The notes under the pieces: model-generated | The model's input: the letters and a program-made list of their open reading frames with translations, nothing else | Database searches by the model: none | Told to the model about the DNA's origin: nothing | Translations under genes and position numbers: made by a program | Virus record (IMG/VR): IMGVR_UViG_3300042549_000809 | Location: 1-63,342 of that record | DNA from: a virus | Taxonomy: Duplodnaviria > Caudoviricetes | Direction: 5' to 3' (one strand) | DNA: 63,342 nucleotides | Shown: positions 1 through 8,274 of the stretch, in pieces | How the letters are laid out: every line of letters begins with the position of its first letter | Position numbering within the stretch: the first letter of the stretch is position 1

Positions 1-981
1 ATAGTCACATGGCGGCGGGTCTTCCTTCTCCCATATCTTCCACCACTCCCGCTTGACGATGGCACTCTGTTCTGATGTCGGCTGCTGCTGGTACTGCGCC
101 ATCCACTTGCTGTTCGGCAATTCTTGGTGCAGCTTGGACAACTCATCCAGACTCCAGAACTCAGGCCACAGCGGATTGCCAGACGGCAGGATGGCCGGAA
201 ACTCAATCACTTCCCAGTCGTCACCACCCCTAGCCGCTGCTGACTTAACAACCTGACCCGTCAAGTCCCTCAAGCTCCAGCGCGTCATCACTATTACAAT
301 GGCACCACCCGGCTGAAGTCGCTGCCGAGGACCGGACGTATACCACTCGTACACCTTGTCATAGATGTCGGGGTTAACTTGAGCCAATGCAGCTTCCTGT
401 TCCGAGTGCGGGTCATCGATAATAAGCACATCAGCGCCCTTACCCGTTACTGCACCGCCCACACCGATAGCGAAGTAGTCGCCACCTTTACTTGTATTCC
501 ATCGCCCCGCCGCTTTTGAGTCACTTTGCAGGGTTAAATCCGGGAAAATGTTGCGATATACGTCCGAATCCACCAAGTTTCGCACTTTTCTACCAAAACC
601 CACCGCTAATTCAGCAGTATGGGACGCCTGAATGACCTTTTTGTGCGGATACTTACCCAAAAACCACGCTGGAAGCAGATATGAAGCGAATTCTGACTTG
701 GTATGGCGCGGCGGCATATTAATAATGAGCCGTTTACAGGTCCCATTCGCTACGCGCTCAAACGCCTCAGCCATCCGGGCGTGATGTCTCCCCGATATGA
801 ACGTCGGCCATACCTCGTTTACAAAATTAATGAACTTATCCCGCGCCCCTTCCTTGCGTTTAAGTTCTTGCAAGGCTTCTAAGTCATATAAAAGCTGACG
901 CATCTCCGGCTCAGTTAAGTGAGGGAGAACTTTGGGGATATCCCGCAGGGATACGTTATTTATCGAAGTCGGAAGAGTCAT
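1..981 (-). CDS. terL: Terminase large subunit, 5' part (cut by window edge; second allele)
   Basis: Same frame as 61152..62681; Walker A-like MPPRHTKS and IIDDPH retained; a few aa differences. Confidence 0.85.
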   Translation of the reverse strand, partial: MTLPTSINNVSLRDIPKVLPHLTEPEMRQLLYDLEALQELKRKEGARDKFINFVNEVWPTFISGRHHARMAEAFERVANGTCKRLIINMPPRHTKSEFASYLLPAWFLGKYPHKKVIQASHTAELAVGFGRKVRNLVDSDVYRNIFPDLTLQSDSKAAGRWNTSKGGDYFAIGVGGAVTGKGADVLIIDDPHSEQEAALAQVNPDIYDKVYEWYTSGPRQRLQPGGAIVIVMTRWSLRDLTGQVVKSAAARGGDDWEVIEFPAILPSGNPLWPEFWSLDELSKLHQELPNSKWMAQYQQQPTSEQSAIVKREWWKIWEKEDPPPCDY

Positions 982-1582
982 TATCGCTTGGGTCTGGATC
1001 AAGCTGGCTAATTAAGTCTCGGGGGTCTTGGTCTGCAATACCTAGCTCGTCATCAAGTGAGTCTGCTAGCGGCGTAACATCCACGGTTTCGGCATTGAGC
1101 AGTCGTTTAATACGCTCTTTAATAGCAGATTCCAAGTCGCCGGAGGATTTGTGGTGAATAGTAATCTCGCTACGCTCGGTGAAAAGCCCCACGTCGCTGT
1201 GCTTACCTAGCAATTCAAGCGCCTTGAGTTCGTAGCGTGGGTCGCCGCAGTTGGCAATCTCCATCAACTTAGCCGTAATCGCAGAACGCACTTCGTTCAT
1301 GTCCGCAGCGATGCGGTTGGCATAAGTCTTTAAGAACAACGAGGCGGCAAACGCTGTATTGGGTTGCTGTAGCTGGCCCCGCGCCTTGCTGCGATCCGTT
1401 GTTTTAAACAAATCAGCCGTAGCTTTTAAGTCCGTAGCATCGATCTCGATGGGAGCACCTAGCTGTTTAAGCAGGTCAGCCGTGTTGGCAGCAACCACAA
1501 CACTGTCGTGAAAAGACTCGGTCTTCTCTCTGTGCGTGTCGTAGGGCATCGGGTGCTCGCTGGAGGGTTCGATATTTACCAT
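956..1582 (-). CDS. Putative terminase small subunit (copy 1)
   Basis: Directly upstream of and overlapping terL; KALELLGKH motif typical of TerS; one aa different from 62656..63282. Confidence 0.65.
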   Translation of the reverse strand: MVNIEPSSEHPMPYDTHREKTESFHDSVVVAANTADLLKQLGAPIEIDATDLKATADLFKTTDRSKARGQLQQPNTAFAASLFLKTYANRIAADMNEVRSAITAKLMEIANCGDPRYELKALELLGKHSDVGLFTERSEITIHHKSSGDLESAIKERIKRLLNAETVDVTPLADSLDDELGIADQDPRDLISQLDPDPSDNDSSDFDK

Positions 1583-1589
1583 ATGGCGG

Positions 1590-1620
1590 AGTATATATCA
1601 CATTACGGCGGGGAGGTAAA
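1590..1620 (-). promoter_or_regulatory. Putative late promoter for terS (TTTACC...TGTGATATATACT), probably leaderless mRNA
   Basis: -10-like TATACT ends 7 nt before the ATG at 1582; no SD present. Confidence 0.45.
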
Positions 1621-1949
1621 GGTACCCTTGACGGGGGGGTTTCGCAGGATCGACTTAGCTTAATGTTGCCAAAAAATATATACCCCCCCCGGTGTTACGA
1701 TTTAGAAAACATAGGGGGTGGGGTAAGTAAAAATATATGTAGTCTACAAAAATGAGTATCGACTGTGCAAAACACGGTGTAGGTAGAAGCTGGGACTCCT
1801 ACTTGCCCATTTAGGGGGGTGGGGTTCCGCTATGCCACTGACGCCCTCGCATTTTATTTCGCCATTGCTGCCCGCGATGTCCGCGCTGTTGACGTTGCCT
1901 TATGCCTTTGACCTGCGCCGTTGACGTTGCCTCTGCTTATTATTGCTTT

Positions 1950-2400
1950 CGTATCCGCAATGGATTTAGTGCGGGTTTCTGTAAACTTCGAAGCAAGCAA
2001 GGACAAAACGATTCTTGCTCAGCGCGGTTCACGGTGCGCGGGTTGACTGGCTTCTACGGATGCGCGGTTAAGCCCAGCGATTACACCGATGCGCGATGTA
2101 GTTGTCTTTAACAATTCGAGATTTACGGATGCGCAAGTACCGGCAGAGTAGCGATGCAAACAATGCTAGCAGTCCCCTAAAGTGTCACGTTTTGAAAATC
2201 AGGTAGGCCGAGGTTTTACGATGGGTTAGCAAATATTTAGCAGAGTGAAGCGGTATCAGTATTTAAGACGGTATCCGAGGAACAATTTCAGCTTTGCAGG
2301 TATGACAAAACCTGCAAGGCAAGCGCTGATAGACCGCGACATAGTCTATCGATTCGCAAGGGTTTTCATTGTGAGAATTCTTGTTTATCAATCAACTAAA
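1950..2400 (+). ncRNA. Candidate structured early leader RNA
   Basis: No convincing ORF; hairpins 1953-1976, 1996-2019, 2291-2320, 2328-2350; boxA-like site inside. Confidence 0.35.
2105..2116 (+). promoter_or_regulatory. boxA-like antitermination element TCTTTAACAATT
   Basis: Matches the core of rrn leader boxA (TGCTCTTTAACAATTT); lies upstream of the first early gene and terminator. Confidence 0.55.
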
Positions 2401-2411
2401 GGAAAATCATC

Positions 2412-2885
2412 ATGGAAAATATTGCTCTGTTTAACGATATCGATGTCGCCAATGCAATCGATTTTGCGCCTGCCGGTGTAATCGTATCGGGTTTGACGAC
2501 GACGGAAAAGAAATTGAGCGCGGTACACAATGCGAGCGGCGCTGCGCTGGCTTATCTCTGCGCAAGCAAGGGCAAGATCGGCAAGTATGCGCGTGAGGGG
2601 TTGTCGGCGCAAGGCGAAGCGATGATCGCAGGCGCAGCGCGTAAGGGTAACTATGCGCCATTGGCGCAAGCAATTGCAGCAATTACAGGAGAGAGTTTGA
2701 CGATTAGCAGTCGCGCCGGTTTTGAGTGTTTGGCTGAGCGGTTCGCTGATCGCATGCGCGACCTGAAAAATGCGGGTTATGTAACTAAGAAAGACGGCAC
2801 GCAAGCACCATCGGCTAAGCGCAACATGTTGGTGCAAGTTATCAATCTGATTACCGAAGTCCAATCAATCGCAGCGTCGCTGTAA
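2412..2885 (+). CDS. Hypothetical early protein (157 aa)
   Basis: AAAGGA SD, ATG, followed by intrinsic terminator. Confidence 0.8.
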   Translation: MENIALFNDIDVANAIDFAPAGVIVSGLTTTEKKLSAVHNASGAALAYLCASKGKIGKYAREGLSAQGEAMIAGAARKGNYAPLAQAIAAITGESLTISSRAGFECLAERFADRMRDLKNAGYVTKKDGTQAPSAKRNMLVQVINLITEVQSIAASL

Positions 2886-2902
2886 TGTATTGTAAGGAAA
2901 CA

Positions 2903-2931
2903 AGGCCCGCATCTCGCGGGCTTTACTTTTT
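2903..2931 (+). terminator. Intrinsic terminator
   Basis: GCCCGC-atctc-GCGGGC stem followed by a T-rich tract. Confidence 0.7.
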
Positions 2932-3205
2932 GGGGGCTGCTATGCGTAAAGTTTCGAAAGTGATAATTGTAAGGAAATCTTTGGGCATTGCAATGCCAAA
3001 GTTGCGAGAAGGGCAAGAAGACAAGAGAATTCAAGGCGGACACGCGCCAATGCCTTACAGAACACGCACAACGTCGTGGGCAAGTGCAAATCGGTGGGCA
3101 AAAGCACCTGAACATGCGGTTTGGGCTGACTAAATGTTATCAACTTCGCTATTGTAAGGAAACTAGGTGTATTGTAAGTGATTGTAAGGATGCTTTGTAA
3201 GGCGC

Positions 3206-3218
3206 TAAGTCCTTGATT
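3206..3218 (-). promoter_or_regulatory. IHF consensus site (AATCAAGGACTTA)
   Basis: Exact fit to WATCAANNNNTTR. Confidence 0.55.
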
Positions 3219-3387
3219 TTAAAGGAAAAAGTGTGCTTTGTAATATTGTAAGGCCACTTTTGAAGTATAAATGCCTTTCAGCACTGTCAAGAGCACTTCA
3301 GCAGGTGCATAACGCCCGAAAAAATCGCACACGTGATTATACTTATTTTTCTTCAAAACATTATTACATTACAGAGAAAATACGCTG

Positions 3388-3400
3388 TAACCCCTTGATT
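3388..3400 (-). promoter_or_regulatory. IHF consensus site (AATCAAGGGGTTA)
   Basis: Exact fit to WATCAANNNNTTR, same orientation as the 3206 site. Confidence 0.55.
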
Positions 3401-3493
3401 CTATTGGGTTTCTTTTGTAATTATTGCTTCATTACATTACACCATATTTCCTTACATTACCCTAAAATCCTTACAATACTCAAAAGGACAACA

Positions 3494-3697
3494 ATGGCAG
3501 AGCAATCGAAGCAACTATCCGCAGAGCAACAAGCAGCAGTCAGTGCCTTTGCTGCGAAGTACGGCGACAACTGGAAACACAAGCTGCAAGTCGCGTGGCT
3601 TGCCGGAACAGACACAACGCAACCCAACGGGCATCTGCTTAGGCAGGTGCGAAACCAATTCGGCCCATCGTGGCTAAGCAAATACGAGGAGGACTAA
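3494..3697 (+). CDS. Small hypothetical protein (MAEQSKQ...)
   Basis: AAAGGA SD before ATG 3494; upstream extension in the ORF track runs through the iteron region. Confidence 0.7.
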   Translation: MAEQSKQLSAEQQAAVSAFAAKYGDNWKHKLQVAWLAGTDTTQPNGHLLRQVRNQFGPSWLSKYEED

Positions 3698-3699
3698 TC

Positions 3700-3834
3700 A
3701 TGTACGAGGACATGCCCGACTTATCAATAGAAGAACAAGGCGAGTTCGACCGCGCCGAGCAAGATTGGCTGATGCAGCACGATGCCTATGCCTACGAGGA
3801 CGTGCCTAACCCAAACGATAAGGAGTTGAAATGA
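3700..3834 (+). CDS. Small acidic protein (44 aa, not in ORF track)
   Basis: GGAGGA SD; MYEDMPDLSIEEQGEFDRAEQDWL...; stop overlaps next ATG. Confidence 0.6.
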   Translation: MYEDMPDLSIEEQGEFDRAEQDWLMQHDAYAYEDVPNPNDKELK

Positions 3835-3911
3835 TCGACAGAGTAGTAATGGTGGTGTGCGTAGCAGTAACGCTAGGTGCATTGATAGCAGCAGGGCTCG
3901 GGTTTATCTAA
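3831..3911 (+). CDS. Hydrophobic micropeptide (26 aa, not in ORF track)
   Basis: AAGGAG SD, ATGA coupling; MIDRVVMVVCVAVTLGALIAAGLGFI. Confidence 0.5.
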   Translation: MIDRVVMVVCVAVTLGALIAAGLGFI

Positions 3912-3926
3912 CTAAAGGAGAAGGAC

Positions 3927-4997
3927 ATGGCAAACGAGTTGAACTTCGGCACGAGCGTGTCGTTAAAGCAAGCGATGCAGCTAATCCTAGCTAACCCAGA
4001 GAATCGGTACGGGCTACGCGGCGAGCCCGGCATCGGTAAGTCAAGCATCATGCGGATGCTCAAAGCAGCGCTACCCAAACACCACATGGCATACATGGAC
4101 GTGCCGAGCATGGACTTAGGCGACATCTGTATGCCTGTGATTGACCATGAGCACAAAGTCACGCGGTACTACCCGAATGCACGATTTATGTTCCACACAG
4201 GCGAGCCGGTCATCGTAATGCTTGACGAGTTTAGCAAGGGTCCCGACCCTGTAAAGAACATGTTGCATCCGCTGCTCGAGGCACACAACCCCAGACTCGG
4301 CGACGTGCCGGTGCACAAGGACAGCTATATCTTTATGACAGGTAACCTGTCCACAGACGGCGTAGGCGACAGCATGAAGGGGCACACCCTGAACCGCATC
4401 ATCCCGCTGACTGTGCGTAAGCCGACGTTCGACGAGTGGGCAGAATGGGCGATGGACAACGGCATCGTGCCTGAAATCCTTGCGTTCTGCCGACAGTTCC
4501 CACAGGTGTTCGCTAGCTACACCGACCCGAGCCAGAAAGAGAATCCGTACATCTACCATCCCAACCGAGCAACAATGCCATGCGTGACGATGCGTAGCCT
4601 TGAGCGTGCCAGCAATGTAGTGCGTATGCGGCATGAGTTCGACCAAGAGAGTCTGATTGCATCCCTGACAGGCGCTATCGGTGAGGCGGCAGCTAAGGAC
4701 TTCTCAGCGTATCTCGACTATTCCAATCAGTTACCGACGTGGCAACAGACCATCGCCAACCCGCTCAGTGCGCTAGTGCCTACCAGTGCAGGTGCTTGTG
4801 CAATCGTCGTGTTCGGTGCGATACAGCGCGTAGACAAGACAAGCATCGATGCGTTCATGACATACCTTGAGCGGTTCGAGCCCGAGTGGCAAGCGGCGTT
4901 CTGCATCAACATCGCCAAGAGTAAGAGCAAGCAGGTAGTGGCGTTCGGGTGCAAGAAGTTCAGTGCGTGGGTAGCTAAGAACAATGATCTTTTGTAG
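3927..4997 (+). CDS. MoxR-like AAA+ ATPase
   Basis: Walker A GEPGIGKS, Walker B VMLDE, TGN sensor; close to a vWA gene. Confidence 0.85.
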   Translation: MANELNFGTSVSLKQAMQLILANPENRYGLRGEPGIGKSSIMRMLKAALPKHHMAYMDVPSMDLGDICMPVIDHEHKVTRYYPNARFMFHTGEPVIVMLDEFSKGPDPVKNMLHPLLEAHNPRLGDVPVHKDSYIFMTGNLSTDGVGDSMKGHTLNRIIPLTVRKPTFDEWAEWAMDNGIVPEILAFCRQFPQVFASYTDPSQKENPYIYHPNRATMPCVTMRSLERASNVVRMRHEFDQESLIASLTGAIGEAAAKDFSAYLDYSNQLPTWQQTIANPLSALVPTSAGACAIVVFGAIQRVDKTSIDAFMTYLERFEPEWQAAFCINIAKSKSKQVVAFGCKKFSAWVAKNNDLL

Positions 4998-5005
4998 GGG
5001 GCAGT

Positions 5006-5218
5006 ATGAAGGTGAGTTACTTCGTGGCGTGGACGCAGGAGGATAACCCTGACGATAGGTGGGGCGAGAGGATTCTGTACCGCGTGTTCAGAGATGAGGA
5101 CACAAGTAAGCCAGAGCCCATCACGGAAGCGATGACGAGGGGCGAAGCAAACGAGAAGCTGAAGGAAATACTAACCGTGCTAGGAGAGCTAGATGGATAT
5201 AGACAAGGAAGAACGTAA
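5006..5218 (+). CDS. Hypothetical protein
   Basis: GGGGG SD, fills gap in operon. Confidence 0.6.
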   Translation: MKVSYFVAWTQEDNPDDRWGERILYRVFRDEDTSKPEPITEAMTRGEANEKLKEILTVLGELDGYRQGRT

Positions 5219-6380
5219 GCTTAAGAAGGTCAAGATCAACATCATGCGTGACCCTGACTTCGCATTGTGGTCGGGCATCATGATGGTAGGCAAGACGTAC
5301 ATCGACGACAACGTAGAGACTGCATGTACCAACGGGCGCGACGAGCGGTATGGTCGTAAATTTGTCGCCGAGTTGTCGGAGAAAGAACTGGCATTCGTTG
5401 TTTTGCACGAGGCCATGCACAAAGCATATCGACATCTCACAACGTGGCGCAAGCTATACGACGCGACACCACAGCTAGCCAACGCGGCTTGTGACTACGT
5501 AATTAATCTACAACTCAAAGACCTAGACCCACACGGTCGCGTGATGGTTATGCCTAGACGTAACGGCAAGATCATCGGACTTATCGACGAGAAGTATCGC
5601 GGTATGACTACCAAGGAGGTGTACGACGCATTGCTTGAGGAGCATGGCGAGGACGGTGGGGGCGGTGAGAACTTCGATGAGCATGACTGGGACGGTGCGG
5701 GTGAGCTTAGTGAGGAGGAGCAGAAGGAGCTAAGCAAAGAGGTAGAGCAAGCACTGCGGCAGGGAGACATGACACAGCGCAAGGTCAAGGGTAACGGGGC
5801 GGGTGGGCTAGGGCGTGAGCTTGGCGAGATGCTTGCACCACAAGTTAACTGGCGTGAGCAGCTACGCGAGTATGTGAAATCAATATGTTCGGGGAAGGAC
5901 GCATCATCATGGAGACGAGTCAATCGACGGTTCATCGGCAACGACATCTATATGCCTACGCTAGTCAGCGAGCGGGTTGGACACCTAGTAGTCGCAGTAG
6001 ATACATCTGGGTCCATCGCGGGCAAGGAGTTAAACGAGTTCCTTACTGAAGTTAAAGGCATAGCAGAGGAGGTGACGCCTGAGAAGGTTGACCTGCTCTA
6101 CTGGGACAGCGAGGTGGCAGGGCATGAGACATACGACAGCGGCAACGTGGCAGACATCATTAGTTCGACTAAGCCGAAAGGTGGTGGGGGTACCAGCCCA
6201 AGCTGTATCACTGCTTATCTCAAGAAGCACAGCCTTAAGCCTGAGTGTGTGGTGGTACTTACGGACGGGTATGTGGGTTCCGATTGGGGTACGGATTGGG
6301 AGGTGCCGGTACTTTGGGTCGTATGCGGCGGTAATACAGCAATTGCACCGAATGGAAAAACTATTCACATTAGGAGATAA
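5193..6380 (+). CDS. HExxH metallopeptidase-like + vWA domain protein (DUF2201-like)
   Basis: LHEAMH; MIDAS DTSGS, GGGGT, LTDG. Confidence 0.85.
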   Translation: MDIDKEERKLKKVKINIMRDPDFALWSGIMMVGKTYIDDNVETACTNGRDERYGRKFVAELSEKELAFVVLHEAMHKAYRHLTTWRKLYDATPQLANAACDYVINLQLKDLDPHGRVMVMPRRNGKIIGLIDEKYRGMTTKEVYDALLEEHGEDGGGGENFDEHDWDGAGELSEEEQKELSKEVEQALRQGDMTQRKVKGNGAGGLGRELGEMLAPQVNWREQLREYVKSICSGKDASSWRRVNRRFIGNDIYMPTLVSERVGHLVVAVDTSGSIAGKELNEFLTEVKGIAEEVTPEKVDLLYWDSEVAGHETYDSGNVADIISSTKPKGGGGTSPSCITAYLKKHSLKPECVVVLTDGYVGSDWGTDWEVPVLWVVCGGNTAIAPNGKTIHIRR

Positions 6381-6384
6381 GAAC

Positions 6385-6639
6385 ATGGCAAAGGTAATCG
6401 TATCAGTAGGGTATAGAAACTATGTGCTCGATGGTGGTGACGCAATGAAGATGCTAGACATACTAGCCAAGGCAGAACAGTACGAGGACAAGTGGCACAG
6501 CAAGAACGAGACGACAGGCGCAGAGAGTTTCACGACGTATCACATCTACCCGCAATCGCAAGGTGACTCAAGTATCGGGCTTAAGTATCTCAGTGACGAC
6601 ATGTACAACATGTACAAGTTAGCAGGCAAGCCAGAGTAA
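6385..6639 (+). CDS. Hypothetical protein
   Basis: AGGAG SD before ATG 6385. Confidence 0.7.
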   Translation: MAKVIVSVGYRNYVLDGGDAMKMLDILAKAEQYEDKWHSKNETTGAESFTTYHIYPQSQGDSSIGLKYLSDDMYNMYKLAGKPE

Positions 6640-6664
6640 TCACAACAATCACAAGGAGAATGAC

Positions 6665-7522
6665 ATGGGTATATCTAGCAGCGCAGTATTGGTAGAGTTA
6701 AACGTATCTGCTTGGGGGGCTAGCAAGTTAGATCGTAACGTGACCGACGCAGTCAACGCCAACAACAACGCATCGGCAGACGCAAGCAAGGTCTATAAGA
6801 ATCTCGTTGCAGGTACGTCGCTAGTCAGTGACTTGTCCAAGTATGCAGCGCGCATCAGGCTGTATCACAACACGGCGACGCTACCGTGGGCTAGTAAGGG
6901 TGCACGACTATTGCCAACGTCAATGATGCTGGAGTACAAGACGCAGATCAACACGATGCGTACAACCTACGAGAGTATGTGCAATAAGTTCTACGCCGAG
7001 TATGCCAACGTGGTGCAGCAAGCGCAGAACAATCTCAAGGGTATGTACAAGTACAGCGACTACCCATCGCTCGATGATGTGATGACTAAGTACTCAGTGC
7101 ATGTGGTGTTTAGTCCGCTGCCCGAGGCTGGTGACTTTCGCTTAGACGTAGCGAACGAGGACTTGCGGGAACTTGCAGAGAGCTATGAGTCTGACTTCAA
7201 TAGCCGCTTAGCTAAGGCTGTGCGTGAACCGTGGGACCGGCTGTATGAGGAGTTGACAGGACTAAGCGAGAAGCTGACGGAGCGTGAAGGGGATGACGAG
7301 AAGAAGAAACGCTACCACGACAGCCTGATCGATAACCCACAGAATCTATGCGCTCTGCTTACTAAGCTGAACGTAACGAATGACCCGAAGTTAGAAGAAG
7401 CACGACGTTCACTTGAGCGTGCCTTGATAGGTGTAGACATCGATGACATCAAGGAGTACGAGCAAGTGCGTAGCGATGTGAAGACGAAGGTAGATGCAAT
7501 CCTTGAGAAGTTTGATTGGTAA
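6665..7522 (+). CDS. DUF3150-like helical protein
   Basis: Helical 285 aa protein in the usual AAA/vWA neighbourhood; LPW..G.RLLP motif. Confidence 0.55.
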   Translation: MGISSSAVLVELNVSAWGASKLDRNVTDAVNANNNASADASKVYKNLVAGTSLVSDLSKYAARIRLYHNTATLPWASKGARLLPTSMMLEYKTQINTMRTTYESMCNKFYAEYANVVQQAQNNLKGMYKYSDYPSLDDVMTKYSVHVVFSPLPEAGDFRLDVANEDLRELAESYESDFNSRLAKAVREPWDRLYEELTGLSEKLTEREGDDEKKKRYHDSLIDNPQNLCALLTKLNVTNDPKLEEARRSLERALIGVDIDDIKEYEQVRSDVKTKVDAILEKFDW

Positions 7523-7533
7523 AGGGGGACGAC

Positions 7534-7908
7534 ATGGGATACAGAAGTGACATAGCTGCGGTGTTCTATGCAGCAGATGTAAAAGACTTTGCAGCTATCA
7601 AGCTATGGCTTGACGAGAACTTTCCGAAATCGCTGAGAGACTATGCCGGTGTTGTTCAATGGTTCAACAAGGGCATGTCGTTCGAATCAAGCGGCATCAA
7701 ATGGTACGACAGCTACCCAGACGTTATCGCATTTGATAAAGCAGCCGAGGAGTTTATAGACTTATTCTGTACGGGTAGGGAAGACGTACCCATAGGAGCT
7801 TACGAGTTCGTGCGTATAGGTGAGGACTATGAGGACATGGATGTAGTGCGCGAGGGGGAACATGAGTATGTACTTGAGATTAACCGTAGCGTAAGTATAG
7901 GGGTGTGA
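7534..7908 (+). CDS. Hypothetical protein (MGYRSD...F.RIGED type)
   Basis: GGGGG SD before ATG 7534. Confidence 0.75.
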   Translation: MGYRSDIAAVFYAADVKDFAAIKLWLDENFPKSLRDYAGVVQWFNKGMSFESSGIKWYDSYPDVIAFDKAAEEFIDLFCTGREDVPIGAYEFVRIGEDYEDMDVVREGEHEYVLEINRSVSIGV

Positions 7909-7909
7909 C

Positions 7910-8011
7910 ATGGATGAGCTAGAGGTATGGAAGTTTGTAGTAGGTGCGTTGCTAGGTGTATGTCTGGCGTCGTTGTTCTTTCTTTTCGTAGTTTTCTCGG
8001 GGGTGATATGA
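7910..8011 (+). CDS. Small membrane peptide (33 aa, not in ORF track)
   Basis: MDELEVWKFVVGALLGVCLASLFFLFVVFSGVI; ATGA overlap with next gene. Confidence 0.5.
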   Translation: MDELEVWKFVVGALLGVCLASLFFLFVVFSGVI

Positions 8012-8265
8012 CCGCAACAGTAGCAATCAAAGAAACTTTGCCAGAGCAGATAGCAGCAATCAACAAGAAGTATCAAGCGATGCAGCGCCTAGTCTTGCAG
8101 CTAATGACACACCCAGAGTCTGACGCCGAGGCTGTGGAGATTGGGAGACAGTGCCTGATACGCACCGCCGCTGCCCTGCTTGAGATGCAGGTTAAGTTAG
8201 AGCAGAAGGGCTTTAGTGTAGAGAGGCTAGAAGGTATAACGAAGAAGCAACGCAGACTATTCTAA
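8008..8265 (+). CDS. Hypothetical protein
   Basis: GGGGG SD, ATG 8008 in frame with ORF 7927..8265. Confidence 0.65.
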   Translation: MTATVAIKETLPEQIAAINKKYQAMQRLVLQLMTHPESDAEAVEIGRQCLIRTAAALLEMQVKLEQKGFSVERLEGITKKQRRLF

Positions 8266-8274
8266 GGGGGATGT

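Larger units (their letters stand above)
1..1642. repeat. Terminal direct repeat, copy 1 (imperfect)
   Basis: Matches 61701..63342 with a constant 61,700 offset; substitutions but no indels seen. Confidence 0.95.
3151..3479. repeat. Iteron-like TTGTAAG(G) / (C)CTTACA array, putative replication origin
   Basis: ATTGTAAG at 3151, 3171, 3181, 3245 (also 2889, 2966); inverted TTACA copies at about 3363, 3431, 3449, 3469; AT-rich. Confidence 0.6.

Noticed and set aside
956-1582. True duplication of the terminase genes
   Set aside because: Explained by terminal redundancy or circular overlap; the first terL copy is cut by the window edge.
2889-3479. CRISPR or mini-array
   Set aside because: Repeats are 7-12 bp, irregularly spaced and switch orientation; the Cas4-like gene is a usual phage replication nuclease.
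1902-3493. ORFs 1902..2111, 2245..2481, 2885..3133, 2988..3200 and the 5' extension 3233..3493
   Set aside because: No convincing SD, odd composition, and they overlap hairpins, the terminator or iterons; 2885..3133 may hide a short real ORF from 2942, but I could not support it.
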